A stretch of DNA of 64,000 bases from Nitrospirota bacterium (GTDB lineage: Bacteria > Nitrospirota > UBA9217), in contig CAWFSF010000001.1 in assembly GCA_963818475.1 (NCBI GenBank), positions 279,631-343,630 of the forward strand, written 5' to 3'. The notes below the pieces were generated by a model that was given only the letters and a program-made list of their open reading frames with translations, did no database searches and was not told where the DNA came from. The position numbers and the translations under genes are program-made. Shown here piece by piece: positions 60,826 to 64,000 of this stretch (the first letter of the stretch is position 1; every line of letters begins with the position of its first letter).

Positions 60826-61236
60826 CTAGTTTTTCCGGTCCTCAGCCTTTACTTTTCTGCCGTGCAGGGCGTCCAATATGTCTGATACGTTCCTGTAGTT
60901 CGCCGGGATATCATCCTTCTTTTGCCTGCCTGAAAAATATGATTCAGCAGGTTTCCAGCTGAACGACGTGCTGCCGGCCAGCGCATGCACGGTTCTGCCA
61001 AGCATCAGCCTGACAAACATGCCGATCGCCATCGCGATGCCGATGAACGGAAGGAATACGGCAAACAGCAGGCCAAGCATCGGCGAGACCAGCAGCATGA
61101 TTGCTACCGATGCTTTGATGTAGATCTTATCCGCTGTTCCCGGGAGTATCGAATCCTGAATTGCATCTATCCGAGTGCCCTTGGTGAGGTCCCAGTACGT
61201 CCCTTGTGCCACGCGTACTCCGCCGTTGTATAACAT
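60826..61236 (-). CDS. Conserved hypothetical membrane protein
   Basis: AGGAGG RBS; GG..V..GTYW N-terminus, P..GLLFAVFLPFIG hairpin, W.P.ESYFSG. Confidence 0.75.
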   Translation of the reverse strand: MLYNGGVRVAQGTYWDLTKGTRIDAIQDSILPGTADKIYIKASVAIMLLVSPMLGLLFAVFLPFIGIAMAIGMFVRLMLGRTVHALAGSTSFSWKPAESYFSGRQKKDDIPANYRNVSDILDALHGRKVKAEDRKN

Positions 61237-61560
61237 GTTCCGTTCCTCCTTTTCATGAGAGTTTGTTTAATCTGTTCTTGATCATAGGATATCCGACGTC
61301 TGGTAGAAGGTAAATCCGCAATAGTTCCTACTTCAAAGAGTATTTTACCCTAGACGACATATTGCATTTTCTGCACACAGTAAGCGCTGTCGGGACCCCG
61401 CGCGTCTCTGGGGCGGACCTATGGAATTTTGAGGCATCTGTCTTCATTCCGCCCTATCAGCAGCTGCGGATTTGCAAAATCAACAACACTACTTCTTCTT
61501 TTCTCATTCCTGCCAAAGCTCGCAACACCCTGTTTATCGCAAATTCAATCAGTTATGCTT

Positions 61561-61576
61561 TGGCACGCGACCTGCA
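61561..61576 (+). promoter_or_regulatory. sigma54 promoter
   Basis: TGGCACGCGACCTGCA. Confidence 0.8.
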
Positions 61577-61615
61577 ATGTAAGGGGCAAGACTGAACGAA
61601 AAGGAGGACACGAAA

Positions 61616-61924
61616 ATGAAAACCACACTTTCAAGAAAGACAGCATACATCGGGGCAGGCGCAGGAATGGTGCTCTTCGCGATCTTCGGCCTTCTTCCCG
61701 GCAGCCTTTTGGGCGGCGCCGCAGGAATTAAATTAGCCGGGATGCTCTTCGGTCTCCCCTTGGATGCCGGGATTCTGCAACGGGTGATCGTACTCGCGTC
61801 AATGCTCGTAGGCGTCATGGCATCGGGAATTACGATCGTAACTGCCACGGCCACCATGGGCTGGCTCACGGGTGCAGCGCTTCAGGGCGAGGCAACGGGA
61901 CATGCAGCAGCGGCTGGCAACTAA
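61616..61924 (+). CDS. Glycine-zipper membrane protein A, copy 2
   Basis: Near-identical protein to 59033-59344. Confidence 0.85.
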   Translation: MKTTLSRKTAYIGAGAGMVLFAIFGLLPGSLLGGAAGIKLAGMLFGLPLDAGILQRVIVLASMLVGVMASGITIVTATATMGWLTGAALQGEATGHAAAAGN

Positions 61925-61971
61925 CAAAAACTGATCAATTATCTAAAATTTCAATACAAGGAGATACGGCC

Positions 61972-62289
61972 ATGAAGAACGAAACAGTAAAAACGGGAAT
62001 GAAGATCGGTGCAACAGTAGGCGGGCTGGTGTTTTTGGTGGCGGGGATCGTACCGGGATTCTACTTCGGCAGCTTCGGCACCCTGATCCTGCTCCAGAAG
62101 ATCATGGGCGGCGCAGTGGAACCAACGCTCTTCGTGCGGGCGGCGATCGTCATGGGCATCGGCGTCGGGATCGCCTGCGCAGCTACGGTAAGCATCGTGG
62201 TCGGCGGCCTGCTCGGAACCGCGGCCGGATTCGTCGTGTCAGCACCTGCGGCAATGCGTGAGAAGCAGGCGGCTGCAGTGAAGTCGTAA
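61972..62289 (+). CDS. Glycine-zipper membrane protein B, copy 2
   Basis: One amino acid differs from 59391-59708. Confidence 0.85.
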   Translation: MKNETVKTGMKIGATVGGLVFLVAGIVPGFYFGSFGTLILLQKIMGGAVEPTLFVRAAIVMGIGVGIACAATVSIVVGGLLGTAAGFVVSAPAAMREKQAAAVKS

Positions 62290-62445
62290 GACGACCGTAA
62301 AAACACGTACCATAAGCCGGAAACAAATGACGGGCGATGAGCAATCATCGCCCGTTGCAATTTTAGCCATTGGAATCGTTTCTTCATCCATGGCATCTAT
62401 GTCAAGGTTAAACGGGTTGTTGCTCAAATGACTTTTCACAATCGG

Positions 62446-63927
62446 TTAAGCGCCTTGATGCAAAAAAAGTCCTAAGCTAACGATAGGGAAATACCGGTTC
62501 TGTCTCTGGGGAAAGCTCAAACTGAGCGAGCCGGAGGCCTTTACCTCTGTTCTTTGAACAACGAGCTGCCTTGCTGCAGCTGCTTTCTTCGGCTTCGATA
62601 CATGCGCTATCAGCACTTGGATATTTTGGATGGCACAAGTTAGATATTCTTGAACTCGCATTCGCCAAAGCCCGCGCCATCGAGCCTTATCAAAACCGTA
62701 TCGGGTTCCCCTGGCAAAGGAACGCTCCATTAGATGTTGTCTGGTTTTGATGTCATAACGTGCATTGGCTGATCGACTGATTGCACGCATGCGCTCCAGG
62801 ACATCCTGCCGGAGATGACGCTTGATTGTTCGGCCTGATTTGTTCTTCGTACATTGCTCCCTGAGCTGCCACGCTGCGCATGCTTTCTTCGGCGCACCGT
62901 AATCCCTGCTCTGTCTTGCTATATGCAGCGACTTCGGCTTGAGCTGGACACCTGCCGGGCAGGTATAGGTATCGGAGACCGAATCATAGGAAAACCGATC
63001 TTCCAGAAAGATGTCGGTTTTCGCTATGCGATTGATTGCTACATCTCGTAAATCAGGGATATGTGCCTTTATGCCTTGGTCATGGCAGGCAAGGAAGTTG
63101 TCGATGGTCCCGTATTTACTGTCTGAGACAACAGTCTCGGCCCTTATTTCTGTTGTTTCCTCATGTTTTTCGAGCAGAGGCAGCATCAGATGGGCTTCGT
63201 TCAGATCACCGGGCGCTGCGTCGGTTGCCGTGATGATCTCGTGTTTTCCATCAACTGCGCGATGCACTTGATAGGAAAGCTTGCTTTTCCCCCGATTCAC
63301 CAGTGCCGCGTCCGGGTCGGTCGTGGAGATATAGCGATTGTTCTTTTTCTCGTAAGACCTGGATGGGTCGGTGCTTTCGGAGCGTTCTTCCAGGCGAGCT
63401 TCGAGCTTTTTATAATTCCTGTGCAACTGATGTTTCAGGTTCTGCGTGTCGAGTACCGAAGTGTTGGCGGCGTTCGCATCCACCAGACTGGAATCGCAAA
63501 AGATCTTCCGGCCGTCAACAAGACCCGCTTCCACGCATTGCCGGACAATGCGTTCGAAAAAACCTTGAAAGATATCAACGCCCCATTTCTTGCGGGCCTT
63601 GGATAGCACACTGTGGTTCGGAATTTCTGAATCAAAGTCATAACCGAGAAACCAGAGCCAATCAATACGCTCGGGAAGGGTATCCATCAGTTCCCGTTCT
63701 GACCGAACGTTGTAGAAGACCAGGAGCAGCATCAACTTCAAGATGGCAGGCGGCGGGACCGAAACGTTGCCGTTGTTGCCATAGAGATCCTTGACTTCGT
63801 TATAGGCGAAGTCAAAATCGATCAGTTCATTAACCTTCCGTAAGGGATGGTTCGACCGAACGCGTTTCTCAATGTTGATACCGGTATAGAATAAGCTGCT
63901 CTGCGGTGGTTGCTGCACTCCCATCAT
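62446..63927 (-). mobile_element. IS1182-family transposase
   Basis: MMG..Q..LF..NHPLRK N-terminus, PNHSVLS, DSSLVDANA, STTDPDA, YTCPAG, ERSFA; element ends not resolved. Confidence 0.88.
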
Positions 63928-64000
63928 GGCTATTAGCTCCTGATGTAATGATTAACGTCGCAGCAATATAGCACTACTCTGTGGCTTTCTCAACATGATT

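Larger units (their letters stand above)
61444..62362 (+). repeat. About 920-bp direct repeat, copy 2
   Basis: High identity to 58862-59782. Confidence 0.92.

Noticed and set aside
58862-62362. Duplicated unit as a DGR TR/VR pair or composite transposon arms
   Set aside because: Differences are mostly synonymous and not adenine-specific; the repeats encode no transposase and show no IRs
62410-64000. Terminal inverted repeats of the IS1182
   Set aside because: Only a weak TGTTG..AAA match and the right end is at the window edge, so boundaries were not called

Overview
Bacterial chromosomal window of moderately high GC. Gene content suggests an anaerobic Nitrospirota- or Desulfuromonadia-like diderm (inference only). 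Many single-base frameshifts, often at homopolymers and densest at 37-41.4 kb, point to long-read assembly errors rather than real pseudogenes. From left to right: uppP, an octaheme lipoprotein cytochrome with signalling genes, nagA/ampG, and an NHL-FN3-transglutaminase-TPR protein divergent from a CFI-box-CTERM protein plus beta-barrel. Then an accessory island with an NTase TA-like pair, a truncated RAYT, an S74 chaperone protein, a Sec-exported RHS with immunity and Cys-rich partner, and a LamG adhesin cut by an unusual 3.1-kb element carrying two DDE transposases and two HTH ORFs inside one TGT...ACA inverted-repeat pair. Next come a GGDEF, higBA, a sigma54-driven DUF2318/MacB-type ABC cluster, a YeeE-TusA-DsrE (YTD-type) sulfur cluster and Rieske/cytochrome b genes. 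A sigma54 promoter plus a GEMM-I riboswitch with the cGAMP-type signature precedes a TSP1-like-repeat heme lipoprotein. The window ends with a duplicated sigma54-driven pair of glycine-zipper membrane proteins and an IS1182. The strongest novelty candidates are the dual-transposase element, the riboswitch-controlled repeat cytochrome, the amplified glycine-zipper pair and the CFI-box/barrel/transglutaminase cluster.
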